DNA of 64,000 nt, from NCBI GenBank assembly GCA_016748015.1, contig JAAOMT010000128.1, forward strand, positions 7,538 to 71,537. Direction: 5' to 3'. This document shows, piece after piece, positions 1-13,330 of the stretch. Positions within the stretch are counted from its first letter, which is position 1, and every line of letters begins with the position of its first letter. The notes under the pieces were generated by a model. That model saw nothing but the letters and a program-made list of their open reading frames with translations, was not told the origin of the DNA and searched no databases. The stretch comes from Geosiphon pyriformis uo1. Its lineage: Eukaryota > Fungi > Glomeromycota. The position numbers and the translations under genes were made by a program.

Positions 1-372
1 CAACTTGTTGTAGTACTAGTCTATGAACTTGCACTTTTTCTCTTTGCTTAAATTTCAGCAAACTAAAGATACATTTTGATGAACTACAAGTTATTTTACT
101 GAACTATTGATTAATTTGGGTGAACTATTCATAATTTCAGCAAATTTCTGTAAATTTCGGCAAATTTTTGAATGTTACAAAGTTCAGGGTATTGTGTAAT
201 TTGATCATCCTACTTTCTGTTATACTAATTAGATTATTTTAATTAAATCGTAATATGTGATAATTGATTAAATAATAAATGATAATTTGAAATGATATTA
301 ATATACTAATGAATTATAGGAATTATAAGGGTAATTTCATGTTAATTAATAGTTAAAATTTTACTAATAACA
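1..372. mobile_element. One end of an LTR (LTR retrotransposon, probably Ty3/Gypsy), cut off by the window start; inserted into a LINE ORF1
   Basis: 1-372 aligns by eye with 28896-29258; both end in ...CTAATAACA (TG...CA LTR terminus). Followed by ACAC, then LINE ORF1 sequence. Confidence 0.7.
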
Positions 373-760
373 ACACTTGGTAACAATCCTTTTGGGATCT
401 TTAAGCATCATATCAGTATCAATACTACCAGACTCTTCTCCACTTTTTTGCCTGAAGCTAATTTCTTTAACCAGACATTCTTCCTCCATGTCAATGCTAT
501 CAGACTTAGTGGTATCACCAGTTTTTGAATTCCATGAACGACTATTCTGAATCTTAGAACCAACAACCTTACCACCAGAACTATCTTCTAATACACCATC
601 TCTCCTCTTCTTCCTTGGAAGAATAGGCTTGAAGCCATCATTAGAACCAAAAACTTTAGCAGTCTTTTTCATAACAGCAATACTACAGCCAATAGTAGCT
701 TCGTAGTGAAGAATAAAGGATTTGGATTTATCATACTGAATTGTGAAAATAACTTCTTTT
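373..760 (-). mobile_element. 5' end (UTR and ORF1 N-terminus) of a LINE, interrupted by the LTR at 372
   Basis: ORF 672-364 (MKKTAKVFGS...SWNSKTGDTTKSDSIDMEEECLVKEISF) shares the SW.S......S..D.E....EETS pattern with the ORF1 N-termini at 11534 and 57050; the frame runs into the LTR end. Confidence 0.55.
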
Positions 761-899
761 TCAAAAAACTTTGACTCTTTTTTGGGAATTTTGGATAAAG
801 AAAAGAAAGAAGTTTGTATATATTTTTATTTTATAATTAATATTTTTGAATATTATTATTTAAATTAAATATAATTATACTATTACTTAAAAATCAATA

Positions 900-2655
900 A
901 ATTTTTTGTATTAGTTAATAGTTTTAAAAATTAATTTATTGAATAATTTTTTGGTAATATTGTTTAAATATTTATAAATATAAAAATTTTGTTAATAAAT
1001 TTAAATTTTAAATCTTTTTATTTTAGTATAAATATATTTATATTGAATTTTTTTGAAAAAATACTATATATTTGTTTTAAAAAAATAATATTTTTAAAAT
1101 AAAACAATTATTAGATAAATTTAATAATATTTTAAATTGAAAAACTTTTAAAAAATAAAAAAATTTAATTATTAATTAATTTGTTTTTTATATAAAGTTT
1201 TTGAAATTGTATTATAATTTTTTTTTATATATTGGTTTTTATAAATAGTATTAACAAAAATATTTAGATATTTTGTGAATTTTTAATTTGTTTTTAATTT
1301 GAAAAGAATTTTTATATAAAAATTTAATATTTGGATTTTATTATTATTAAAAATAGTATTGCTGTATTTTTTAATAAATTTAAAGTTAATTTAAAAACCA
1401 AAATTTATAGTTTGTTATTTTTTATATTGATTAAACTTTATATTATTGGTTTGATTTTAAATATTATGCTTAAATTTTATTTAATAAACATTTATATAAA
1501 TAGTTAAATTATTATTAATATGTGTAAATTTAAGTTAAACAGTTTTAAAACCAATTTTTATTACAATTATTAATTAAAAAAACATTAAATTGGATTTTGA
1601 TTAAAAAAAATTTGTCAATAAATTAATTTAAAATTAAAATTTTTAAAAATAAAATAATTAATATTATAACTAATAAAACTACAAATTTATTTTTATTTTA
1701 TTTTTTTTATAATATTTCTAATAAGTTTTTAGTTGATTTAAATAATTTGGCTGTTTTAAATAATATTAAAAGATTTATTTATTATATATATAATACTATT
1801 AATTATATTTATTAAAAAATTTATTAAGGATTAAATTTATTAATATTTTAATCATAAAAAATATTAATTAAAGATTAATGTTTTTGGTTTATTATTCAAA
1901 TTCTTATATATTGGTTAAATATACTAATAAAATTTAATTAGTTTATATATATATATTATAAAAGCTTTTTATAAAAGATTGTTAATTATTATCAAAAAAT
2001 AATTTTATAATTCTTTATATTTAAGTATTAAATATGTTTATTATAAAAAAGTTGAATTTTTTAATTACATATTTTTTATTTAAAAACTGGTTATTTAAAA
2101 AACTATTCTGCTTAACTATTTTAATCTTTGAAAAAATTTGGTTTGTATTTTTTTTGGTATTTTTTCAGTGTTATAGCTCTTGTTTAATTATGTTAAAGAT
2201 AATCAGTTTTATATAACTTTTTGTAAAAATTTCATTTTTTGAGAATGATATAAGAAAACTATAAGAATTTTTGAAAATACAAAGTTTATACATATTAAGC
2301 TTGTTAATTTGTTTAAAGTATAACTATTGCTTACAAAGAAGTTATGTAATTGTTATATATTAAATACAGATCAAATTTAAATAATGTTGGTTTATTCTGT
2401 AGAATAAAATATGTTGTTAGTTATTTGTCTAAGAATGTTATTTACTTATTAGATATTTTTGATTATTGTAAGAAATGTCTGTTTTTTCTTGGGTATTGGT
2501 AATAATGTTTCTGTCGTTATAGATGCATAGTATAGTTTTGGCTGGTTCGAGTGGTTGGTTATGTATAGATAACACATGAGTCATGTCTTTAGAATATTCA
2601 TTGTAAATAGTGGTTGGGCATCACTCGTTAATAATAATAATAATAATAATAATAA
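900..2655 (+). mobile_element. Heavily decayed 3' part of a LINE (RNase H to C-terminus, 3' tail, (TAA)n)
   Basis: 2470-2531 reads KKCLFFLGIGNNVSVVIDA*, like the ORF2 end KSYCFFSGLSGSVRVVIGV* at 18012. A tail homologous to 18010-18130 and a (TAA)n run follow. An RNase H relic is visible near 1330-1470. The 5' boundary is approximate. Confidence 0.7.
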
Positions 2656-2984
2656 ATATATATTTTACATTAAATACAGCTAAATATTTGTAATACAATT
2701 CAGGATCGGGATCTTTTTTAGTTTTCTAACCTAACCTGATGATCAATAAAATCTAATGCCATGTGATTCAAATGTTAACCAATAAAATAAAAACTAGTTG
2801 CAAACTGAACGATTCGATTTATGAGTTCGAAATTTTTGGTATTTTGACTTTACCTTAACGTAAAAGTAGGAGTAAGAAAGATCTTTCAAAAAAGTGAGCA
2901 GAATTAAGAATTAAAACTTATTCCCAAAGTTAAAAAGAATTTTCCCATTCTCATTAAAGATCTACCAGACCAGGAGTTTTACAA

Positions 2985-5900
2985 ATGTACGCTCAACCCC
3001 CACCTGCCTCTGACCCCCAGCAGCCTTCGCAGCGTCCCATTGGTAACGCACAGCAGCAACCACTTCCTAATTCTCGAATAGGTGCAGGAGCACCACCTCC
3101 AGGCTGGCGACCTGGTCCAAACCAACCTCCTCGCCCACCTCCTTATCAACAAGGTGCTCCTGGTGGTCCGATTGCTGTTAGACCTCCTTTACAGCCAGGA
3201 CAGCGCCCACCTATTAATTCGTTTCCAGCTTCACAACGACCACTCCTACCAACAGGTTATTGTTCATCAAATAAAAGCAAAATTTCCCGTTTTTAATTTA
3301 GCATCTCTTGTGAATAGATCAAATATAGTTTTTATTTTAGAGTTATATTTTCAACATATATCAATTATTGAAAGGATTAATAGACACATGGGACTATTTT
3401 TTGATAATGAGTTGATATTTTTTGGAAGTCCTAATAAAACTTTTGTTACTTTGATTTTTTATAATTTTTATCAAGTACCCAGACCACCTATAGGTCCAGG
3501 TCAATCTATCCCATCTGGCGGATCTCAACCCCTTTATCCAGGGCAACGACCCACTGTGTCTACCCCTCCACCTGGTTTACCCCTAAATTCCGGATATCAA
3601 CAAACAAATCCTACGAATCTAGCAATGTCACATCAATACACTCCTGGACCGTTAAATTCTTCAGCCACTGCTGGCCGACTTCCTCAAACATCAGATGGAA
3701 TTAACGTTGACAATGTCACAGATCGAATGGGAAATTTGGCATTAAATCAAGTTGCAGGGATTCCACCTCAAACTTCATCTCAATACGAGGTAATTATTTT
3801 CAAATTTATAAGAAATAAAAGGTTCAAAAATATTTTATTGATACAGAACCCATTGCAAACATTTGTGCTTGTCAAATTCTAGCAAAACCTCAAACCGCAA
3901 CATAAAAAAACTCAACGCGTACATCACCACCTAACTACAGAAATAAATACATCAGCATACCCTATTTCGACTTCAACGCAACCATATGGACAACAAGCCC
4001 CTCCAAACATGTATAATGGAAGTAGTGCAGGTCAAACTAATCTCCAACAACCGTTATATAATCCAATGGTCCCACAACCCCCTAACCCTGGACAAACCCA
4101 AGTAATCCATCAACCCCAATTTATTCAACCGGGTCAGGTGCCTGGTGTTCAACAACCACCATCAACCCAGCGTCCAGCCTCAATGTCTGGTCCTCGCTCT
4201 AGGATTGATCCAAATCAAATTCCTTCTCCTGTGGTTGTGCAAGAGCAAGATCAGCTATCATTTGAGGAGCAACCATATCTAACCTCTTCCAGAACCAACA
4301 TACCTCTGGCCAGCACAGATTTCCAAGCAATCGATGAAGGTATTGTTTCTTATAAATATAAATCATCTTTGAAATTATATTTAAATTAATCCGGTTTATA
4401 TTGACTCAGGAAATTCAAATCCTCGTTTTATGAGATTGACATTGTATTCAATTCCGAATACAGAAGACTTGCTTCAAACATCTCATCTACCTCTGGGGGT
4501 TGTTTTACAGCCTCTCGCTAAGTTGAGATATGACGAGGTAAATTATTTATAGTAAGAAAGATTTTTTAACTATTATCATCGAAATTAATCAATATTATTA
4601 ATTCTGCAGGCTCCCTTAAAAACTGTGGATTTTGGTGAAAACGGTCCCGTGCGATGTAGACGGTGTAAATCTTACATAAATCCCTTCGTAATATTTTTGG
4701 ATGGTGGTCAACGTTTCATTTGTAACATGTGCCAATTCTCTAATGAAGGTTCGCTCCTATACCTATTACCTTCTCTTCATATTAGCTAATAACATTGAGT
4801 TTCATTATATTATTTAATTACATCCTTATATCAGTTCCTCCTGAATACTTTTGTAATTTGGATATGAGTGGTCGAAGAGCAGATTGGGAACAAAGACCGG
4901 AATTGCAATTTGGGACTGTAGAATTTACAGTACCTAAGGTAGTGATGATACATGAGTTAGAGATTATTGTTTTCTCGAATTTTATTCCTTGATAACAATG
5001 AAGAATATTTTCATAGGACTATTGGGCACGACCTCCATCTCCCGTTCCATACATTTTCGCTATCGATGTTTCTTGGAATTCAATTAAAACTGGCATGCTT
5101 ACTAAATGCGTTGAAGCTATTAAGGAAATATTGTTCAGCACTCCAAATAGCATTCCTCCGGGTGGAAAAGTTGGAATAATCACTTACGACAAGGATATAC
5201 ATTTTTATAATATTGCGGTAAATTAAGAAATTCTTTTTAACAAAATAATACCACGAAATAACCCTATCAAAATATAATTTCCATATCAAGCCAAATCTCG
5301 AGCAGGCTCAAATGTTGGTTGTCCCGGATATTAACGATGTTTTCGTACCTCTCCATGCTGGATTATTGGTTGATCCAGTAGAGTCAAGGTAGATTAGAAA
5401 TTGAAGTAGTGGGGATCCTCATTTTCATTCACTTATATACCAATCAATTTGCATCGTAAAGAGATGTCATAGAAGGGCTATTGGAATCATTACCGGGAAT
5501 GTTTGCCGAAAATAAAATAAATGAAAGCGTATTAGGAGCTGCGGTCAAAGCTATACATGCTTCTCTGGTAATGAATGGTTTCTATCGGGATTTTTTGAAT
5601 ATCATCTATACCCACATAATCATCAAATTTCTTTTCAATTTAATAGAGTGAAACCGGCGGTAAAGTGATGATTTTCCAAACCTCTCTGCCAATATCTGGT
5701 CCTGGGGCAATTAGGCATCGTGACGATGGCAAATTATATAATAGTGAAAAGGAAAGATCACTTTTTGGTCCACAAGATGGATATTACAAATCAATTGCTG
5801 TTGACTGTGTTGATTCGGGTATCTCGATTGATTTATTCTTATTTCCCATGGCATACATTGATGTAGCCACCATTGGTATATGAATGAGATGAAATATTTT

Positions 5901-7593
5901 TTGCTTGTTTGGTTATCTATCCTTGAGTATCATTTGGTAATTCTCATTTTCAATATTTAGGTTTATTATCTTCCTTAACGGGAGGCGAAACTTATTTCTA
6001 TCCAAATTTCGATTTTCAGAAGGACGGGGAGAAATTTGCAAAGGAGCTGAAGCACAATGTCACAAGAGAATTTGGATATAACGCCTTGATGAGAATACGA
6101 TGCTCTAACGGTAAATTTTGCGAAACTAGAGAATTAAATTCTTTTAACTTACATAAGGTTAATCAATTTTTTAGGGTTAAAGATTGATGATCATTTTGGT
6201 AACTTTAACATGCGCAATTCTACGGATCTTGAGCTTGCCGGGATTGATAGCGATAAAGCTTTTGGTGCTTCACTCAAGTATGACGGTAAGCTTGATGAGA
6301 AGTTGGAAGCTTACATTCAATGTGCACTTTTATATACAACGTCAAGTGGAGAGCGCCGTGTACGAACCCATAATGTTGGGATACCTGTGACAACTTTACT
6401 TGGGAATGTGTTCAGACACGCTGATATTGATACGACAGTGAATTTTTTGGCAAAACAAGGTAAACTTTACAAATATTTAATATGATTTTCTAATTTTGAG
6501 GCTACACTGACAATATCTTGTTATTTATTAATATAGCTGTTGCCAATACTGTTACTAAGCCTTTGCGTGAAATACGTGACCAATTAACTGATAGATGCGT
6601 TAAGATATTGATGTCGTATCGCAAACATTGTGCCTCGGCAAGTTCACCTGGCCAGCTCATTTTACCAGAGTCATTTAAACTACTTCCATTATATGCGTTA
6701 ACGATGTTGAAATCAAAAGCACTTCGTGGTGGTAAGTACCATTTCTTTTCTATTCATTTGAATCAAGTATTCTGAAAGCAAAATTTTCAATAGGAGCCAA
6801 CCTTACGAGTGATACCCGAGTACATTTTATGCGCTTAATAAAAAGCGTGGGAGTAGCAGAAAGTATTGTGCTATTTTATCCAAGGATGCTTCCAGTGCAT
6901 AATTTAACAGAACAGGTTTGTGCAAATAATTTCAATCTTTGGTATTATTCAGTCACTAAATTATCTTGGTTTACTACCTAGGCCGGGCTTCCAGATAGTA
7001 ATGGTAAAGTTAGACTCCCTCCTCTAATACGCGTATCATACGCAAGACTTGAACCTGAAGGAGCATATTTGCTAGGTATATTCATCCTTCGTGTTTTATG
7101 TTCCTGAATGACGGAGTTCAAATGATCCATTACAAATTACATTTTGAAATATTTTATTATCACTATAGAAAACGGCCAAATATTAATATTTTGGCTAGGG
7201 CGTCAAATTTCTCAGGAATTTTTACGCAACGTGTTTGATGTTGATTCCATAGATCACGTTGACCCCAAAATTGTAAATATTTTTCTTTTATCGTAGATTA
7301 TCGTTTATTTTCTAATCTATTCAAATTTGCTTTATAAATCGTGACAATCATAGGCTTCACTTCCTGTTCTCGATAATTCAACCTCAGCACAGATCCGTTC
7401 AATCATTTCTTATCTTCAATCTCAAAGATCCAAATATTTAAGATTTACCATTGCACGAATGCAAATAGATCCTGCTGAAGTAGAATTTAACAGCTTACTG
7501 GTGGAAGATGAAAATAATTTCGCCATGTCTTATGTAGACTATTTATGTTATATCCACAAGCAAATTCAAACAGAAGTAACCATGAGCGATTGA
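2985..7593 (+). CDS. SEC24: COPII coat subunit Sec24, Sec24C/D (Sfb3/Lst1) type; multi-exon
   Basis: Pro/Gln-rich N-terminus, [11 protein letters not shown], zinc finger [15 protein letters not shown]...CNMC, trunk [21 protein letters not shown], gelsolin-like end [14 protein letters not shown]. Many short GT-AG introns (e.g. 3256-3475, 3790-3882). Stop TGA 7591-7593. Confidence 0.93.
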
Positions 7594-8362
7594 CCTGTAA
7601 TTTTTTAATTGTTTCTTTTCGTGGGGTTATTTTGACTGGGGGAGCAGATTCATGGGTCAAAAAGGGAAATTATTAGTTTTTAGCCAAAATGAGATGGTGG
7701 ATCTCACTCAGATTCCCTTATTTAAATTGACATTTTTGAACGATTTCGACAGGAGTGTTATCATCCTACTTATAAGGCTTCACCTCAAGTTTTGGCCGAA
7801 ATATTTGTATTATATTAAAGTAGACTCAAAATAAAATGTTTTATTTTTTTGTACTTGAATAAAGATCCAAGCTAAAATAATTAAGTGATGATGGATTTTT
7901 GTTCAATGATTGATTTTTTATTAAGAATCAATTTTTATTTTTCTTTGTCATATATTACTTATAATTATCTAACAATATAAAAAAGTAAATTGGGTGCTCC
8001 GCTCGTGTCGGGTCAAATCTGCGATCCGATCCGTCCCGACCTGTCTAATGCGGATCAGATTACCAATTATTCGACATGTTGAAAAAATAAAATTTTTCCG
8101 TCATTAAAATAAAAAGAATTGGTTGAAAATGTTGGGTGAGACGAGAAAATTTTAATTAATGAAAGTCTTAAAGGATTTGTGTTTATCTTTAGGTCTTTTC
8201 ATTTGTTAATTGATCTCATAAAAAATGGGAAAATTCGAATATCTCACAGTTAAGAGTAAATAAAATACATTCGTTAAAATAACAATTTTATTTTATTTTT
8301 CGCCATTATTTAAATAAAAAATATCTTCGTGTTCAGTGTATTTGGAAGCTGCCAAACTAGGA

Positions 8363-8480
8363 CTAATGATCTGTATTTTCACCTTTTGCTTCTATTACGT
8401 CCTTAACTCTTTTTGGCATTGAATCAAATTAATCGTATACAAAAATCGATTTCAGGGAATTTGTAATTTTTCCACTGAAC
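8363..8480 (-). pseudogene. Relic of a Tc1-family transposase C-terminus
   Basis: The minus strand reads ...FCIRLI/DSMPKRVKDVIEAKGENTDH* with a 1-nt frameshift, matching the typical Tc1 ending LIxSMPxRVxxVIxAKGxxTxY. Confidence 0.7.
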
Positions 8481-8799
8481 ATTTCTATTGAAAAATGTAC
8501 CCCGAATACTTGGTTTGGTCAAATCAGACTACTTGTCACCAGTTGTCAATCATAAAATCCTGGCTTTTTTTTGTGTTTTGCACTTAATTTTGGCACATAA
8601 TCTATGTTAATGGATATATTCTTTATGTTTTTTCATTTTGTTCATAAGAATCTAAAAAAGTGTGTAAATGACCAGATTTTGTCATGTTTATTTTTATAAG
8701 TGTTTAAAACCAAAGCCAAAGCTATTTGCTTTAATAAAGTATATATATTCAGAAACATTTTTTTTTGTGAAATTTGAGACATAAAATAAAAATTAAGTT

Positions 8800-11290
8800 T
8801 CAAAATTGTACAATATAAAAAAATTAAGTAATAAGAGCTTTAAGTTTTTTTTTGTGTTAAATTCAAACCAATTTGATTTAACCTGTACAAAACATTATAA
8901 ATTAATAAATATTTATGTTATTTTTTATTTATTAATAGTTTTTAATAATAGTAAATACTTTATTATTTTTTATAAATATGTTTAATTTAAATTTTTAATA
9001 AAATAAAATGTATTTCAATATTTATAACAAATTTTACTTAAATAATTACAAAAAATATGATTAAATTTACTAAAAATTCAATTTTTTTAACAATAAATTT
9101 TATTATATTATTAGAGTTGAAAATCATAATTTTTATTAATTATTATATATATTAGCTACTAATATTATATAATTAGCCATCTTATTTTTAGAAAGTAATT
9201 AATAATTTGATTAATAATCTAGTTATTAACTTGACTATTAACCTAATTATTGACTTAATTGTTAACTTAATTAATAATCTAATTGTTAACTTAATTGCTG
9301 ATCTGGTTATTAATTACTTTAAATAATTATATATATAATATATTTTTCGGTTTTAAAAAACATGTTCTAATTTATAAAAGCATGTTCTAATATATAAAAC
9401 ATATCTAAATCAAAGTAATAAAAATTAATTTTTAATATTCAATTTTTTTTAATTTACTTATTTTTTTTTCGATTTTTTTTAAGTATCTAAACTTTTTTGT
9501 AATAAAAAATTATTTGTTAATATTTATTTGTAATTATTAATTTGCAAATTATTAAATAAATATTATTAAAAAATAAAATTAATATCTAATATTAAATTTT
9601 AAAAACACTAATATAAAACATAAAATTATACTATTGTATTATTTTTTATTAATAGTACAGATTATTTTTTTATTTTCAAATTTTTTTGTTATTTTTTAGA
9701 AAAAATAATAATTAAGATATTTTAAGACTAATCTTATATATTAAATTTATATCAATTTAATTTACTTTTTAAAATTGAATTCTTTTTTAATTATTTTTAT
9801 TACCATATAATCCTGTTTTATTTTGCTATTTATTAATTTTTTACTTTAATTTATAATAATATTAAACAAATTTTTAATTTTAATTTATATATTATATATT
9901 AAAAATATATATAATAACAATTTTAAAATTTTAAATTGTTAATTTAGTATTGAATTGTATTTTTGTCTAAAGTTAAATTTTAATGTGCTTTAATAATTAG
10001 TTTATTTAAATATATATAAATTGAATATTAGTTTTACCAAGTTTTATTTTTATAATAAATATTAAATTAAGTACAAATATATTATTATTATTATTATTAT
10101 TATAAATAAAAATCTGTTAGTTAATTAGAATAAAATTAAAAACTATTTTGGTATTATTAACAATAAATATGCAAATATATTTATAAATTTTCTTTGAAAT
10201 CTTTTTTTTTTATATTTTAATATTTAAAAATAATATTTAGTTGTAAAAAACCAATTTATTTTTTAAAATATTTATTATTTTATAAGAAATTTGTTTGGTT
10301 TTGTTGGCTAAAAAATTAAATATATTACAAAGTTTTTAAACAAATTATTAATTTGTAATTTTAATCTAATATATTTAGTTTTGATTTAATATATAATAAA
10401 TATATATATATTAATTTAATAAATTCAGTTTTACTGTTCTTAAATTATATTTTACAAAAACATTACATAAATAATTACCAATTATTTCTAAAAAAATTGT
10501 ATAATTTTTTATATTTAAGTATTATTTGTTTATAATATAAATTGTTAAAAAATTTAAATTAAATTTTTTTATGTAATTTTAATTATATTACTAAAAAAAA
10601 TATTGTTTTTAATATTTTAAATAAATAAATAATTATTTTTGGTTATTTAGTTGTAGATTTTTTAATTATTTAATTATTATATAATATAATTAATTATATA
10701 TAATTATTATTAAAAGTTATATATTAAAAAATTAGTTTTTAAAAACACTTAAAATATTTATTGGTATTTTAAAAGTTTTTATATCTTTATATATAATATA
10801 ATTATTTAATACAAATTAAATATTTAATTACTTAATATTAAATTACAAATATTTTATAAAAACCAAAAATTGTTAATTAATAATACATTAGATTTGTTAA
10901 TTGTTTATGATTTATTTTTAAGTAATTTTGTTATTAATATCTATAAATTTAGTTTTAATTATAATATTTTAGTTAATTTTAATTTTTTAGTTTTAATATT
11001 TTTTAGTTTTTATAATAACAATTGTGTTTTTTGTAATATAAGTTTATAATATTGTTTTAACTAATTTAAATAATTGATTATATATAAAAAACATAAAATA
11101 TATTTATTTTAAAATTTTATATAATTATATATTAATAAATAAAATTTAATTGTTATTTAGTATACAGAAACAGAATAATATTTATAAATTAAACATAATT
11201 TATGTATTTTTTATATGTAATTAGCTATTTAAATTAATTAATATAATAATCTTTTATAATTCTTGTTTTTTCTTATATATTATAAAATAA
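8800..11290. repeat. Extremely AT-rich desert, probably terminally mutated TE sequence; includes a degenerate 12-bp tandem array at about 9210-9315
   Basis: About 10% GC by eye and CpG almost absent; 12-nt period units such as ttgttaacttaa, ttaataatctaa, ttgctgatctgg. Confidence 0.6.
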
Positions 11291-11377
11291 TAGTTTTTAC
11301 TGATAGAATAGCTTTTTTTTTCCCTTTTCCCTTTTTTTACTTCAGTTATTTCTCTTAATACGCTTCTCTTTGTTGCC

Positions 11378-13330
11378 ATGGAACCGGCGAGTTCGTCTGT
11401 TGGTGGTTCTGGTTCTGGATTGACTGGGTTGGAGATCCGGTTTGGTACCAAAAAAAAGACGTGAGTTAAAAGTGTCTACTTTTGTGGTCCATCATATAAG
11501 AAACCTAGAAAACCTGAGGTCACTAGCAGAGTTGTGGATTCGTTTGCTGGCCCTCTGCCTGCTGCTTTGTTACATTTGGGCAATAAAGAACATAAAGTAT
11601 CTTGGAGAAGCAAAGTTAAGAATGACGAGTCAAGTGTGAGTGAGATGTTGGATATAGAGAATATGGCAAACACTATTGTCAAAGAAACAAGCTACGCAGA
11701 ATCTGGTAATGACAACGAAATGAACAAGGTTACGCCGAGAAAAACCTGGACCCATACTTACATGCTAAGCAAATCTCCAAAAGCTCCAATGTTTGACTTC
11801 ATGAGTGATGATGAGAATGCGCTTAGTCTTCCGTCTCCAAAAATGTTTAATGGCTCTAATCAGATGCTGTCTGTCAAGTTACGTGTTATGGAAAAGTGAA
11901 GCTTCGAGCCAGTAAAATCTTTCGTATTAGATATTAAGGTTTTGGTAGTACCTGGGAAGACAAATGTTGATAAGTTAATGGCAATTAAAAAAATCTTTTA
12001 TCAAATTGATGGATTTGGGGAAGCTTTGACTCCCTCAAAATTTTTTGGCATAATAAGATCTACATTCACTTCTGAATTAAGTTTGGGCAGGGCGAAAGAT
12101 ATGACGATCAATGAGAAAATCATGGTAAATAATAATCTCAGAAGAGTAAACAATCATTCGGATCGGGAGGTGATAATCAAGGAGATCCCTGTTGATCTTC
12201 TCAAATCTGTGGTTGAGGCAGTGTTTTCTAAATTTGGAAAAATTGTGTCAATCAAGATGCAGCTTATTGGTCTTTGGCAAAAGGCCTTGGTAGAATTTGA
12301 ATTTTTGGAGGTAGCTGATTTGGTCACAGCTAGATGGTCTGTTCTTGTGAGAAAAAATTCTGTTTGTGTGGCAAAGGCTGTCGATGATAAACAATCATAG
12401 GTATCAAGGGATAGGTTTCAGGCTTTGTTGTATATTCTTCTAATTGGCATGACTGCTCATGATTTGTCTGAATTGATAGAGGCTTATGATGGGAAAACTT
12501 GTTTTATAGGCTGTAATCCAACTTCATATGTTTATGATCAGTGTGCTGTAATTTGTTTTGAAAGTAAGGCTTCCAAGTTGGCTGCTATTGGTTTGGTTCT
12601 GGTCTTTAAGGGTGTGAGCTTGTATTGGGCTGGTCTTTCTTTGGCCAGTTGTGCTCATTGCAAACTGTTTGGTCATATTGCTATTAATTGTTCTGTGGGT
12701 AGGGGGTCTGGTGGTCATGGGAAATGTGTGGTGACTTCTCAGGATAGGGTGCGGTTGGCCAATATTTATAGGAAAAAGCAGGTGCCAATTGTTCGCCCAG
12801 TTTCTTTTAGTGAAAAGACATGGGCCCAAGTGACAGGCGGCTCTCCCTCTCGTGTTGTCTCTTTAGGTGCTCTTGGTGTTGGTTTGATCTTGGGTTCAAA
12901 TGCTTTCTCAATGAATTTATCTTTGTCTGGTGCCATTGATTTGGGTGGTTGATTAGCTGTACTAGAATGCTTCATGGAAATTCTCTTGGATCAGATCTCA
13001 CTCATTTTAAAGAAATTGAGTTTCATTGACTTGGTGTCTTTGGCACCCTTCCCCTTAGCTCTTTCTTTAGTGTCTCCAACTGCCATTGTTTCAGATATGG
13101 ACTTAGGTTTGGCTTTGGATAGTACATTGTTATCATCTGCCTCCTCTTTCCCCAATGTTGGTAAGTCATTTGTTGACTTTAGTCCAAGCAGTTCCAAGGT
13201 TCTGACTGCCAAGATTGGCAGTTTGAAATCAAATATGATGGCTCTGGAGGCTTTAATTCGCTTGGTTTTGGGTAGATTGGATCATTTGTGTTCTGGATCA
13301 GGTTCGTCAGCTCTTCCTTTGCCTCAATGA
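11378..13330 (+). pseudogene. LINE ORF1 (RRM x3-like + CCHC), one frame with 4 internal stops
   Basis: ORF pieces at 11534, 11942, 12425 and 12974 are all in frame with ATG 11378. Confidence 0.85.

Noticed and set aside
7652-7834. 60-aa ORF after SEC24
   Set aside because: Lies in the probable 3' UTR and has no recognisable features.
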